Source: an uncultured Negativicutes bacterium
Lineage (GTDB): Bacteria > Bacillota > Negativicutes > Acidaminococcales > Acidaminococcaceae
DNA: 64,000 bases
NCBI GenBank assembly: GCA_947074185.1
Contig: CAMTOO010000001.1
Location: forward strand, 12,615 to 76,614
Direction of reading: 5' to 3'
The notes beneath the pieces are model-generated. The model had not been told where the DNA came from and searched no databases. It saw nothing but the letters and a program-made list of their open reading frames with translations. The translations under genes and the position numbers were made by a program. This document shows positions 1 through 7,721 of this stretch, in pieces (within the stretch, counting starts at the first letter, position 1; each line of letters opens with the position of its first letter).

Positions 1-1490
1 TTAAAGGTTACAATGATTTATCAACAACACACAGTCATCTTGCCGCTGAATGGGATTTTGATAAAAACCTATCTATTAATTTATTTGAAACTAGTGCGTT
101 CTCTAACAAAAAAGCATGGTGGAAATGCGAAAAAGGACACTCTTATGAAACTACTGTTGCTCGTAGATCACGCGGCTCTGGTTGTCCTATATGTAGCAGT
201 AAAATAATACTTCCTGGTTATAATGATTTGTCTACAACTCATAAAGAATTAGTCAAGTCGTGGGATTTTTCTAAAAATAATGATATTGACATTAGAAAAG
301 TTAGTAAAGGATCAGAAAAAAAGGTTTGGTGGAAATGTAAAAAAGGTCATTCTTGGTTAGCCGCTATTTATTCAAGATCTAGTGGTGTCGGATGCCCTAT
401 TTGTGCAAAAGAACTTCAAACTTCTTTTCCTGAAAAAGCTCTTTACTTTTATATAAAATCTGTATTTCCTGATGCAAAAACAAATTATACAAATGAAAAT
501 TTAAATAATTATAAAATCGATATTTATATTCCTAGTTTATCACTAGCTATTGAATACGATGGTGAACGATGGCATAAAAACATTGAAAATGATATAAAAA
601 AAGATACTATTTGTAAGAATCTAGGGATAAATGTTTTTCGAATTAGAGAACCAAACTGCCCTGTTCTTAATTCTTACTCGCACTGCATAATAACCAAATC
701 AAAAAAAGATGTACATTCTAACATTCTTTTGCTTTTTGAAGAACTTAAAAAATTTGGCTATTTGAAAAATATTCTTGTTCCCCCTATAAATTTAGAATGT
801 GATAGTATTAGAATTTACAACTTAATAGACTTACACGAGAAAAAAAATTGCATCAGTAAAATGAACCCTGCCCTACTTAAAGAATGGGATTTCAAAAAGA
901 ACGAATCACTTTCACCAAATACTATTACCCTAGGATCCGATAAAAAAGTTTGGTGGAAATGCGAAAAAGGTCATTCTTATACTATGGCCGTTAGCGGAAA
1001 AAATAGAGGTAGAGGATGCCCCATTTGTGCTGGAAAAAAAATACTTATTGGGTACAATGATTTTGCTAGCCAAAGCCCTACACTGCTAAAATACTGGGAT
1101 TTTGATAAAAACAAAATATTACCCACAGATATTTCTAACGGATCCGATAAAAAAGTTTGGTGGAAATGCGAAAAAGGTCATTCTCATGAATGTTCCATTA
1201 ATAGTAAACGAGCTGGAATAAAATGTCCTTATTGCTCAGGCAAAAAAGTTTTAATAGGGTTTAATGATATTACAACTACTCATCCTGAAGTTTCCAATCA
1301 ATGGAAATTTACTAAAAATGATTGCCTACCACAAACTGTTTCTGCTGGATCCCACAAAAAAATTTGGTGGAAATGTGAAAAGTGTAAAGGAGAATGGCAA
1401 ACATCCATATATAATCGGACTCTAAACAACTCATCCTGCCCTCATTGCAAAAAGAACAAACAAAACTCAAATAAAACTCCTAAAGGTTAG
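1..1490 (+). CDS. Multi-zinc-ribbon repeat protein with embedded Vsr/DUF559-like PD-(D/E)XK nuclease domain; 5' end lies outside the window
   Basis: Frame 3 is open from nt 3 (KGYNDLSTTHSHLAAEWDFDKN..WWKCEKGHSY..GCPICSS) straight into the 228..1490 ORF, so the TTG at 228 is internal. There are at least five ~69-aa modules W(D/K)FxKN..KKvWWKCxKGHs(W/Y)..GxGCPxCxGKK.L.G(Y/F)ND (DUF4379-like zinc ribbon). Between modules 2 and 3 lies IDIYIPSLSLAIEYDGERWH..DIKKD..GINVFRIRE, which resembles the Vsr/DUF559 endonuclease core. Confidence 0.8.
   Translation, partial: KGYNDLSTTHSHLAAEWDFDKNLSINLFETSAFSNKKAWWKCEKGHSYETTVARRSRGSGCPICSSKIILPGYNDLSTTHKELVKSWDFSKNNDIDIRKVSKGSEKKVWWKCKKGHSWLAAIYSRSSGVGCPICAKELQTSFPEKALYFYIKSVFPDAKTNYTNENLNNYKIDIYIPSLSLAIEYDGERWHKNIENDIKKDTICKNLGINVFRIREPNCPVLNSYSHCIITKSKKDVHSNILLLFEELKKFGYLKNILVPPINLECDSIRIYNLIDLHEKKNCISKMNPALLKEWDFKKNESLSPNTITLGSDKKVWWKCEKGHSYTMAVSGKNRGRGCPICAGKKILIGYNDFASQSPTLLKYWDFDKNKILPTDISNGSDKKVWWKCEKGHSHECSINSKRAGIKCPYCSGKKVLIGFNDITTTHPEVSNQWKFTKNDCLPQTVSAGSHKKIWWKCEKCKGEWQTSIYNRTLNNSSCPHCKKNKQNSNKTPKG
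933..1184 (+). repeat. Two perfect 45-bp direct copies inside the zinc-ribbon gene
   Basis: GGATCCGATAAAAAAGTTTGGTGGAAATGCGAAAAAGGTCATTCT occurs at 933..977 and 1140..1184. The copies are 207 bp apart, which equals one 69-aa protein module. Confidence 0.95.
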
Positions 1491-1516
1491 CCTCAAATCT
1501 AACTTTTAGGAGTTTT
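1473..1516 (+). terminator. Rho-independent terminator of the zinc-ribbon gene
   Basis: 18-bp stem AAAACTCCTAAAGGTTAG / CTAACTTTTAGGAGTTTT with one G-U pair and an 8-nt loop. It spans the stop codon and ends in TTTT. Confidence 0.7.
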
Positions 1517-1534
1517 AATATCATTCAATAAAAA

Positions 1535-1568
1535 AGACAACACCTACATAAATTTGTAGATGTTGTCT
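1535..1568 (-). terminator. Hairpin terminator downstream of herA and of the pseudo-guaA 3' end
   Basis: Stem AGACAACACCTACA / TGTAGATGTTGTCT with one mismatch and a 6-nt loop. An A-run at 1530..1534 gives a U-tract on the minus strand. I saw no other strong hairpin between the herA stop (1739) and here. Confidence 0.6.
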
Positions 1569-1572
1569 CTAT

Positions 1573-1586
1573 TTTATTCCCACTCA
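1573..1586. repeat. att-like 14-bp direct repeat, distal copy (TTTATTCCCACTCA)
   Basis: Identical to 8249..8262, the stop codon and last codons of guaA on the minus strand. The minus-strand reading upstream gives ..KKP*PEWE*, a degraded echo of guaA ..KPPATIEWE*. Confidence 0.6.
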
Positions 1587-1738
1587 GGTCAAGGTTTCTT
1601 TTTCTCAACTGGCAATCTTGATTTTTCAGGGCTTTTCGTGGCTTAGTTTGCCAAATTCGCATCGTATTTTTTGAGAAGCAGATTTTATGCACTCAAATTG
1701 CACTCAGGAATACATGTATTGAACAATTACCACAATCA

Positions 1739-3595
1739 TTATTCTATATACCATTTTTCGGATATTTTTGCATTGTCACTATCTGGTTTTGGAGAGGCTT
1801 GTTCAAACTTAGTTAGAGTTGGAAGATTGATTGCTGTTCCAAATACAAGAGCATGTCCAGTTTGCAAATATGTAAGTCTATCTATCATTGCTTGATTTAT
1901 ATATGGCACCATTCGAGCAATATATTGAAGATCATCAGGATTTTGGACACGGTGAATAATGAAGTTGCTACACTGTGAAACAACCGTTTTAGACAACTCG
2001 CTTGGCCGCTGTGAAGAGATGCCCATAAGCAGACCGAACTTTCGGCCTTCCTTTGCGATGCGTTCAAAAATATTGTAACCAAGCACCCCATAAGTACTCT
2101 CGTTTCTAACAAACCTATGAGCCTCTTCTATTATAAAGTTTATCGGCATATCTGCCTTATTGTCCATGCGTTTAAGATAATCAAGCAGCAGTTTTGCAAG
2201 AACTTTAGTAACCACTTCAGCAGATGAATCATCGAGTAAACTGATGTCGATATTTACTATCTGATGCTCATCAAGAAGATTGCTTACATATGACTCAATA
2301 GTATCAAACCCTGTTTTCATTAGTATTTTTCCTTGTATTCCATCAGTTAACGCTTGAAGTCTAGTAATAAGAGTTGATGTATACTCTTGAATTCTCTGAG
2401 AACTTATACTCCCTTCATAGAAAGTCGCAAATTGAACAGCTTCAAGAAATTGCTGCATTGTATATGTCACTGTTTTTGATGCGGGAATAGACTCTGCAAT
2501 ATCATTTTTTATAAACGCTTGTACAAACTTAATGGTATTTTCTTCATCTGTAAATGAACCATAATTCATTGTAACAGCGTGTCTAAGATTAGATGATTTT
2601 GTAATCTGGGCATCCAAGTTTATTTCATTAGTTTGAAATGTAGTTAATATCCCTTTAACTTTATCAGACTTTGATGCAGAGGTATCAGAGCTATTGATAA
2701 TCCCAAGTATTGTACTGGCTAATATGTGATTTTTCACATCATCATCATGATTATCAGGGTCGAAAAAACAACGTGCAAGATCAATAGCACGTTTTAGGAT
2801 AGGAACTTGTGTTTTTTCAGTTGCATGCAACAAAATAGCCCAGTCATCCGCAGTCAGTGCCCATACAGGAATTTCCAGACGATTAGTTTGGGCGCTGTTT
2901 TCTGATGCAATCAAGAATTTTGATTGAACTTGTGGATTAACGATAGAGACTTGCGAAAATGCCTGCGCATATTCGCCGTTAGAATCAATAATGACAAACT
3001 TTGCGCCCCTTGCTGAATAATTTGTCTTCGAAAAAATCCTTTGCAATATGGTTGCAACTGTATTTGACTTACCAGCACCTGTGTTACCAAACACGGCAAA
3101 ATGAAATCCATAAAAACGGTCTATATTCACTCTAACCGAATAATCAGGGAAAATAACAGATGAACCAATCGGTAACAACTTAGCTTTCGTTAAGTGCTCA
3201 GTTTCATTTACAACCTCTTCCTCATTTGATACTTCAAGCATAGCAGTCAAGTCTTTTTTTGAAATAATATTTACTTCTGAGAAAATAAGTGGCATTTTTG
3301 AAACGCCAAAGAAAAATTGATTCGATATAATTTCACCAATCAAGTTAATATTTAGCAGGCGGTTGCTATTCGGCTTGCTCATTTGCTTACTAGTGAGCAT
3401 AGACTTTTCTTCAACACTAGTGATTTCTCCAACAATTGTGCGTCCAATGTCATAGATTGAAACATATGATCCTACCTCACCAACGAATCGAGGACCATCC
3501 ATAGTATTTACATAGTTTCCAAGGGCTTCGTACATCTCCGCAACAATACCACGTTGGTTTATAGAAACTAATTTCCCAATACTGCGACTATTCAT
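1739..3595 (-). CDS. herA: HerA-like (DUF87) ATPase, partner of the SIR2 defence protein
   Basis: Walker A is FGNTGAGKSNT and Walker B is INFIIEEAHRF. The protein is 618 aa. Its start overlaps the SIR2 stop by 8 bp, and a GGAGG lies 6 nt upstream of the ATG. Confidence 0.85.
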   Translation of the reverse strand: MNSRSIGKLVSINQRGIVAEMYEALGNYVNTMDGPRFVGEVGSYVSIYDIGRTIVGEITSVEEKSMLTSKQMSKPNSNRLLNINLIGEIISNQFFFGVSKMPLIFSEVNIISKKDLTAMLEVSNEEEVVNETEHLTKAKLLPIGSSVIFPDYSVRVNIDRFYGFHFAVFGNTGAGKSNTVATILQRIFSKTNYSARGAKFVIIDSNGEYAQAFSQVSIVNPQVQSKFLIASENSAQTNRLEIPVWALTADDWAILLHATEKTQVPILKRAIDLARCFFDPDNHDDDVKNHILASTILGIINSSDTSASKSDKVKGILTTFQTNEINLDAQITKSSNLRHAVTMNYGSFTDEENTIKFVQAFIKNDIAESIPASKTVTYTMQQFLEAVQFATFYEGSISSQRIQEYTSTLITRLQALTDGIQGKILMKTGFDTIESYVSNLLDEHQIVNIDISLLDDSSAEVVTKVLAKLLLDYLKRMDNKADMPINFIIEEAHRFVRNESTYGVLGYNIFERIAKEGRKFGLLMGISSQRPSELSKTVVSQCSNFIIHRVQNPDDLQYIARMVPYINQAMIDRLTYLQTGHALVFGTAINLPTLTKFEQASPKPDSDNAKISEKWYIE

Positions 3596-4727
3596 CGGTA
3601 ACCTCCGCTTCGAATTTCTTAATCAATTCGGTTACTGATTGCATTTGAGATCCTTCTGCCATATCAGGGTGCACTGCCGGAAGAACTGACTCAACAATAT
3701 TCTTAAAATAATGAATATTATTATCTGAGTTTATTACTGTTATGCGTGAATCATTAAGCAAAATCAACTTGTTGATATTTTCGCTTTTGCCAAACACTAC
3801 CAATCGGAAAGAGGGCACAGCCAAAGCATTCATTATAATTCGATTGATATGGTCATCGCTAAAGCTATATCCCATAACAATAAGAACACCATTTTTTTGA
3901 ACTAATTTATTCTCCATTGTTCTAAATAAGTCTGAGTAAGGTGTCATTAATGTAGTCCTATCCTTGAGCGGTGTCGGGTAAATCATTACGGTGTCGTCGT
4001 CGGAAATAGATTCATAGTCTTGTTCCCAGACCTGCTCATCTTTTCGGATCCAAGAAATGGAACCATGAATTTTCACAAGATTAAAGAAAGAAGAAATACG
4101 CTCCCACACATCACGGCTGAGATTCATATTATCCACATACATATAGCTATAACTTGTTGGAGAAAACTTCCTTTTATATGTGCCGGCAAAGCCATTGTTG
4201 TATTGAAATCCAAGTTCATCAAGTGCCATTTCGTTAAAAAGATCATAATTAGTAGTAAATATGCTAATAGGAGTTTTCCTTGTTCGCTGGGTAATCTTTG
4301 TATAAAAATCCTTATATACAGTTTTCACTTCCGCACTATTCAACCCCAAAATAATTCTTTTTCGTAGGAAACTACGTAGAATCTTAGTTTTCTTTGTGGC
4401 TTGAGCATCAACTTCAATAATTTGATTAGCTATTTGAACAGCACCTAAAGCCTCAATTAATTTTTCAAGATTTTTTTCGAAACACCCATTCATTTTTTTG
4501 CCTGCAATATCAAAGTCTGGATTTTCAGAAAAAAAGCTACTGTATATGGCAGCCATACCTGGGATTCCTGTTTCTGTACCATCAACGACATGGCTAGAAC
4601 AGCCCGCACCAATAAAGAAGCTAAGATTATCAATTTGAAGCAACTGAGCTATCTCATTGCGCAGTCCTTCCAGAGATATATTATGGTTCTCTTTTCCAAT
4701 ATAATAACAAATATTTGCGTCAGACAT
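3588..4727 (-). CDS. SIR2-family (SIR2_2) NAD-binding/NADase defence protein
   Basis: Carries FFIGAGCS (Gly-rich NAD loop), TTNYDLF and KIHGS motifs. GGAGG lies upstream of the ATG. The gene sits upstream of, and is translationally coupled to, herA. Confidence 0.85.
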   Translation of the reverse strand: MSDANICYYIGKENHNISLEGLRNEIAQLLQIDNLSFFIGAGCSSHVVDGTETGIPGMAAIYSSFFSENPDFDIAGKKMNGCFEKNLEKLIEALGAVQIANQIIEVDAQATKKTKILRSFLRKRIILGLNSAEVKTVYKDFYTKITQRTRKTPISIFTTNYDLFNEMALDELGFQYNNGFAGTYKRKFSPTSYSYMYVDNMNLSRDVWERISSFFNLVKIHGSISWIRKDEQVWEQDYESISDDDTVMIYPTPLKDRTTLMTPYSDLFRTMENKLVQKNGVLIVMGYSFSDDHINRIIMNALAVPSFRLVVFGKSENINKLILLNDSRITVINSDNNIHYFKNIVESVLPAVHPDMAEGSQMQSVTELIKKFEAEVTDE

Positions 4728-4824
4728 ATGCTACCTCCATTAATAAGTTGTTGGTGAATATGTAATATACTCATTCGCCACATGAATCTTGTCAAGCTTT
4801 TTATCGACTATGCTACTGCACTTA

Positions 4825-4833
4825 TGGTATAAT
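4825..4833 (+). promoter_or_regulatory. Extended -10 promoter candidate for the endonuclease gene
   Basis: TGGTATAAT (TGn + TATAAT at 4828..4833) lies ~35 nt upstream of RBS AAGGGAG and the ATG at 4868. There is no good -35. Confidence 0.4.
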
Positions 4834-4867
4834 AAATTATTATATCTTTAAAGGGAGTAAAGAATTT

Positions 4868-5749
4868 ATGGATTTTAGAGACATCTTAGACATTGCGAAA
4901 GACGAACTGATATCACTTGACGATAACCTTATTGATGTACTTGACATTACAAAACCTTCAACACTGGCTTACGCTGCGCAACTGGCAAAAGTTATTTCAA
5001 AATTGTCCCCGTTATTAGGCAATATGATTGAATTTTCAACCGTCGATCTGCTCAATTCTCATGATTGGCAAGGCATGGGAACATGGATACGTCAAGATCC
5101 AGGATTCCCAGATGCAGTATTTAAGAGCGAGACAATTCTCCCCAATCCAGGTATTGAAATTAAGGCATGGTTTCCTTTTGCCACAGAGATTACCGCACGG
5201 TTTAAAGATAGCGTCACCATTTTTGAGAATAACAATATTGACATGGCGCTTATTGCATGGCTACCCGAGCATGTAATATGGGGTCAGCCAAAAATAATTG
5301 ACGTGCTTGTTGTGAGTGGTAAGAGCGTCGCTGAAGCAAGAGATCGTCACTATCATCGTCCGCCCGATTACTTGGTTTTTGAGCCTGAGGATACAACTGC
5401 ACGCACAGCAAATCTGCAACAAACAAATACAAATGGTTATAAGTTTCAGACGGATAAAAGCTGTATAGGTGATGCTATCTCTGTTGTCGAATCATGGGGA
5501 GATGCAGGAAAAGAGTACAGTGTAAGTCCTACATACCAACAAATGCTGCGTACATTGCAGGGTCAATTTGTATATCGATTGGACACAAACTATGCCAAAA
5601 TTGATAGAATTGAACACTCGGACATTAAAGCATTTAAGCAAAAGGTATTAGCAACCCAGTATTATGGAATGACTATCAGGGAATGGAGTGCACTATTAAG
5701 TTCAAAAGATGATACTCGGCTCAAAAATGCACTAAGTTCCATTCTGTAA
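4868..5749 (+). CDS. Putative type II restriction endonuclease (PD-ExK)
   Basis: Shows E55 .. P81-D82 .. E97-I98-K99 (GFPDAVFKSETILPNPGIEIKAW), a PD-(D/E)XK signature. The gene is convergent with the methyltransferase gene and overlaps its 3' end by 18 bp. Confidence 0.55.
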   Translation: MDFRDILDIAKDELISLDDNLIDVLDITKPSTLAYAAQLAKVISKLSPLLGNMIEFSTVDLLNSHDWQGMGTWIRQDPGFPDAVFKSETILPNPGIEIKAWFPFATEITARFKDSVTIFENNNIDMALIAWLPEHVIWGQPKIIDVLVVSGKSVAEARDRHYHRPPDYLVFEPEDTTARTANLQQTNTNGYKFQTDKSCIGDAISVVESWGDAGKEYSVSPTYQQMLRTLQGQFVYRLDTNYAKIDRIEHSDIKAFKQKVLATQYYGMTIREWSALLSSKDDTRLKNALSSIL

Positions 5750-6718
5750 ATGTTTATCAAAACGGTCTACTGCGACCTCAAACACGTCTGAATTAATCTC
5801 CGCGCAATAGCATTGTCGCTCTAACTCCTCCGATGCAATAGCTGTTGTGCACAGACCTGCAAATGGGTCCCAAACCACATCCTTTTTTTCGGACGACATT
5901 TCTACTATACGCTTGATTAACTCCAAGGGTTTCTGGTTTAAATGTATTGCTTTTTGTTGTACTTTTAATCTCTCTTTGCCACGTAACTGTGGACACTGCC
6001 ACACATTTGTTAAACCTATTGGACAATAAAACTTTGAGCGTAGATTTGCCCATTGCTCACATGTAATTGGGACTTTCCCATCAAGAGAAAAATATGGCCT
6101 TCCACGTTTATCCCCATACTCATTTGCATATATGGATATTTTTTCAAATGCATCAGCAGGGGGCATATACCACAAGTGGCACTTTGTGAAGTATTTTCTA
6201 GTTGCAGCATTTTTCACACCACAAGCATCGTTTGTTTTTGAAAATGGCAACCCCGTTCTTGCCCATTCATATCTAAGCCATTCTTTCATCGATGTGGCTT
6301 TTCCATCTGTGTGAAAAATCGGTTTTTTAATATACTGCACACAAACTTCCGTTACCACAGGAAGGTGTCGAATTGTTTTAGTGTTTATGTTCCCGGCAAC
6401 ATGGCCCATTCCTTTGTCCCACACACAACAAGATACATATTCCCAGCCATTTTTTTCAAGGAGAGGATGCACTGTTGCCCATCCAATTTCTGTATTCCAA
6501 AACCAAAGTGTGGTAAGGGGCGACGCTGCCTTGCTCCATGCCTTTATATGAGGTTCATACCATGCACCTAAACCCTCGCTAGAAACCAAGTCCCCAGGAA
6601 AACCACTGACCCCATAAGGTCCGTCGGAAACAATTACGACTGGAGTCTTCCAACTTTCATATAAATCCAGGGCATTTCCACAAAACAGATGGATATCCCC
6701 AAAATCTTTCCTACTCAT
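5732..6718 (-). CDS. Beta-class N6A/N4C DNA methyltransferase
   Basis: An N-terminal motif IV-like VSDGPYG and a C-terminal motif I VWDPFAGLCTTA give the IV-then-I order of the beta class. Start chosen at ATG 6718, with GAGGAG 8 nt upstream. The GTG at 6727 from the ORF track abuts the SD sequence. Confidence 0.85.
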   Translation of the reverse strand: MSRKDFGDIHLFCGNALDLYESWKTPVVIVSDGPYGVSGFPGDLVSSEGLGAWYEPHIKAWSKAASPLTTLWFWNTEIGWATVHPLLEKNGWEYVSCCVWDKGMGHVAGNINTKTIRHLPVVTEVCVQYIKKPIFHTDGKATSMKEWLRYEWARTGLPFSKTNDACGVKNAATRKYFTKCHLWYMPPADAFEKISIYANEYGDKRGRPYFSLDGKVPITCEQWANLRSKFYCPIGLTNVWQCPQLRGKERLKVQQKAIHLNQKPLELIKRIVEMSSEKKDVVWDPFAGLCTTAIASEELERQCYCAEINSDVFEVAVDRFDKHLQNGT

Positions 6719-6723
6719 TAGAT

Positions 6724-6933
6724 TCACTCCTCATCCTTACAGTGAGACAATATATCCTCGACATTACAGTCAAAAAAATTACACAAGCGATTGATTATTT
6801 CTAGTGAAACCTGTTCACCTCGACCCATCTTGTCCATTGTAGATTTAGAAATATCTGCGTATGCCATTAAGTCTTTTTTGCTCATATCTCTATCAATAAG
6901 CAATTTCCATAGTGGTTTATAAGAAAAGCTCAC
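6724..6933 (-). CDS. Small XRE/Cro-type HTH protein, probable R-M controller (C protein)
   Basis: SFSYKPLWKLLIDRDMSKKDLMAYADISKSTMDKMGRGEQVSLEIINRLC is a typical HTH. Start set at GTG 6933, preceded by AGAAAGAGGTGAT (near-perfect SD) at 7-nt spacing. The ATG at 6963 lies inside the predicted promoter spacer. The stop overlaps the region just upstream of the MTase start. Confidence 0.75.
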   Translation of the reverse strand: MSFSYKPLWKLLIDRDMSKKDLMAYADISKSTMDKMGRGEQVSLEIINRLCNFFDCNVEDILSHCKDEE

Positions 6934-6953
6934 AACATCACCTCTTTCTCTTG

Positions 6954-6992
6954 ATTGTAGCATATAAGTATTGATAAGTCAATACTTATATG
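6954..6992 (-). promoter_or_regulatory. Near-consensus sigma-70 promoter overlapped by a 14-bp-arm palindrome (candidate C-box operator)
   Basis: On the minus strand: TTGACT (6982..6977), a 17-nt spacer, then TACAAT (6959..6954). The perfect inverted repeat CATATAAGTATTGA-TAAG-TCAATACTTATATG (6961..6992) covers the -35 and the spacer. Confidence 0.65.
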
Positions 6993-7124
6993 CTGTATTC
7001 GGTTCGTGTAGCCTGTTCTTCATGATTGCTAATTCGCTCCGTTCCTCGCTGTATGGTACAGCAAGCCGAAAACAAAGCGGTCCCCTTTCAATCTCAAAGC
7101 TAAAACTGCCTTGCTCGTCATCGT

Positions 7125-7352
7125 CTAAAATCTGATATGGTTATCGTTCTCCTTGTGCTTTTGATATGCTTCTTGCCGCCTTAGTCGTATGGCTTCTTTT
7201 TTGAAGGCATCCTCGTCTCGCCAGTAGAAGGTCACAATCGTTCGCAATATTTCGGCAATCAGTTTCAGCACAATAAATTTAGCGTGACAATGGGGCCACA
7301 TCGCCCTATCCATTGGGATATCTGCGTGTATTGCTCTGTATCCGCTATGCAT
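7125..7352 (-). pseudogene. Orphan 75-aa ORF, probable gene remnant
   Basis: It has no convincing RBS. A second frame stays open directly downstream (PYQILDDDEQGSFSFEIERGPLCFRLAVPYSEERSELAIMKNRLHEPNTAYKY), which suggests a frameshifted relic. The region is visibly GC-richer than its flanks. Confidence 0.3.
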
Positions 7353-7419
7353 TGCAAAAAATTCCTTAGTCGATAATCACCTCTTGTGTTATTACGCTAT
7401 AAAGAAAGCGATGGGTTGC

Positions 7420-7572
7420 CCCACCGCTTCAAATCCCTACTTCAAGGTAAGGGTTCACCTCTTGGCGGCTTTTACCGCAAATCCCTACTTCGTATTGCTA
7501 CAGGCTAGGGTTCTCCTCTTCGGCGGCTAATGCCGCAATCCCTACTTAGAAGGCAAGGGGTTTCCTCTTTCG
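7420..7572. repeat. Three tandem imperfect ~48-57-bp units, each forming two hairpins
   Basis: The core (A)AATCCCTACTT occurs at 7431, 7479 and 7537. GGGTT(C/T)(A/T)CCTCTT occurs at 7451, 7508 and 7558. CGGC-loop-(G)CCG hairpins lie at ~7465 and ~7521. CCCTAC..(G)TA(A)GGG pairing is present in each unit. Confidence 0.8.
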
Positions 7573-7721
7573 TTTATTTTATACAATTATCCTTCTTCTG
7601 TCAACAAGCTTAAAACTTCATAAAGTTAAAACCTCATTGTCTGAAAAACGGTCGTTTTTCGGACTTTTGTTTTGCTCATTTAATCAAGGGAATTTTTTAG
7701 CGCAAAAGTGTCTGTTTTCTA

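Noticed and set aside
13-207. 64-aa ORF at the window start
   Set aside because: It is out of frame with, and fully inside, the real frame-3 coding sequence, which runs uninterrupted from nt 3 into the zinc-ribbon gene. It has no RBS and its composition is implausible.
1671-3111. Small ORFs inside or antisense to herA (1671..1895, 1897..2112, 2911..3111)
   Set aside because: They are embedded in a well-supported 618-aa ATPase gene. They have no RBS and show the low-complexity composition typical of off-frame ORFs in AT-rich DNA. The same reasoning applies to the many 60-115-aa overlapping ORFs within guaA, groEL, clpB, metH, the methyltransferase gene and others.
6934-6963. ATG at 6963 as the start of the C-protein gene
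   Set aside because: The ATG lies inside the spacer of the TTGACT-17-TACAAT promoter and inside the palindrome, with no SD. The GTG at 6933 has a near-perfect SD and yields the family-typical N-terminus.
7420-7572. Possible CRISPR array
   Set aside because: There are only three units, the repeats are imperfect and of unequal spacing, there is no repeat/spacer alternation of constant size, and no cas genes are in the window.
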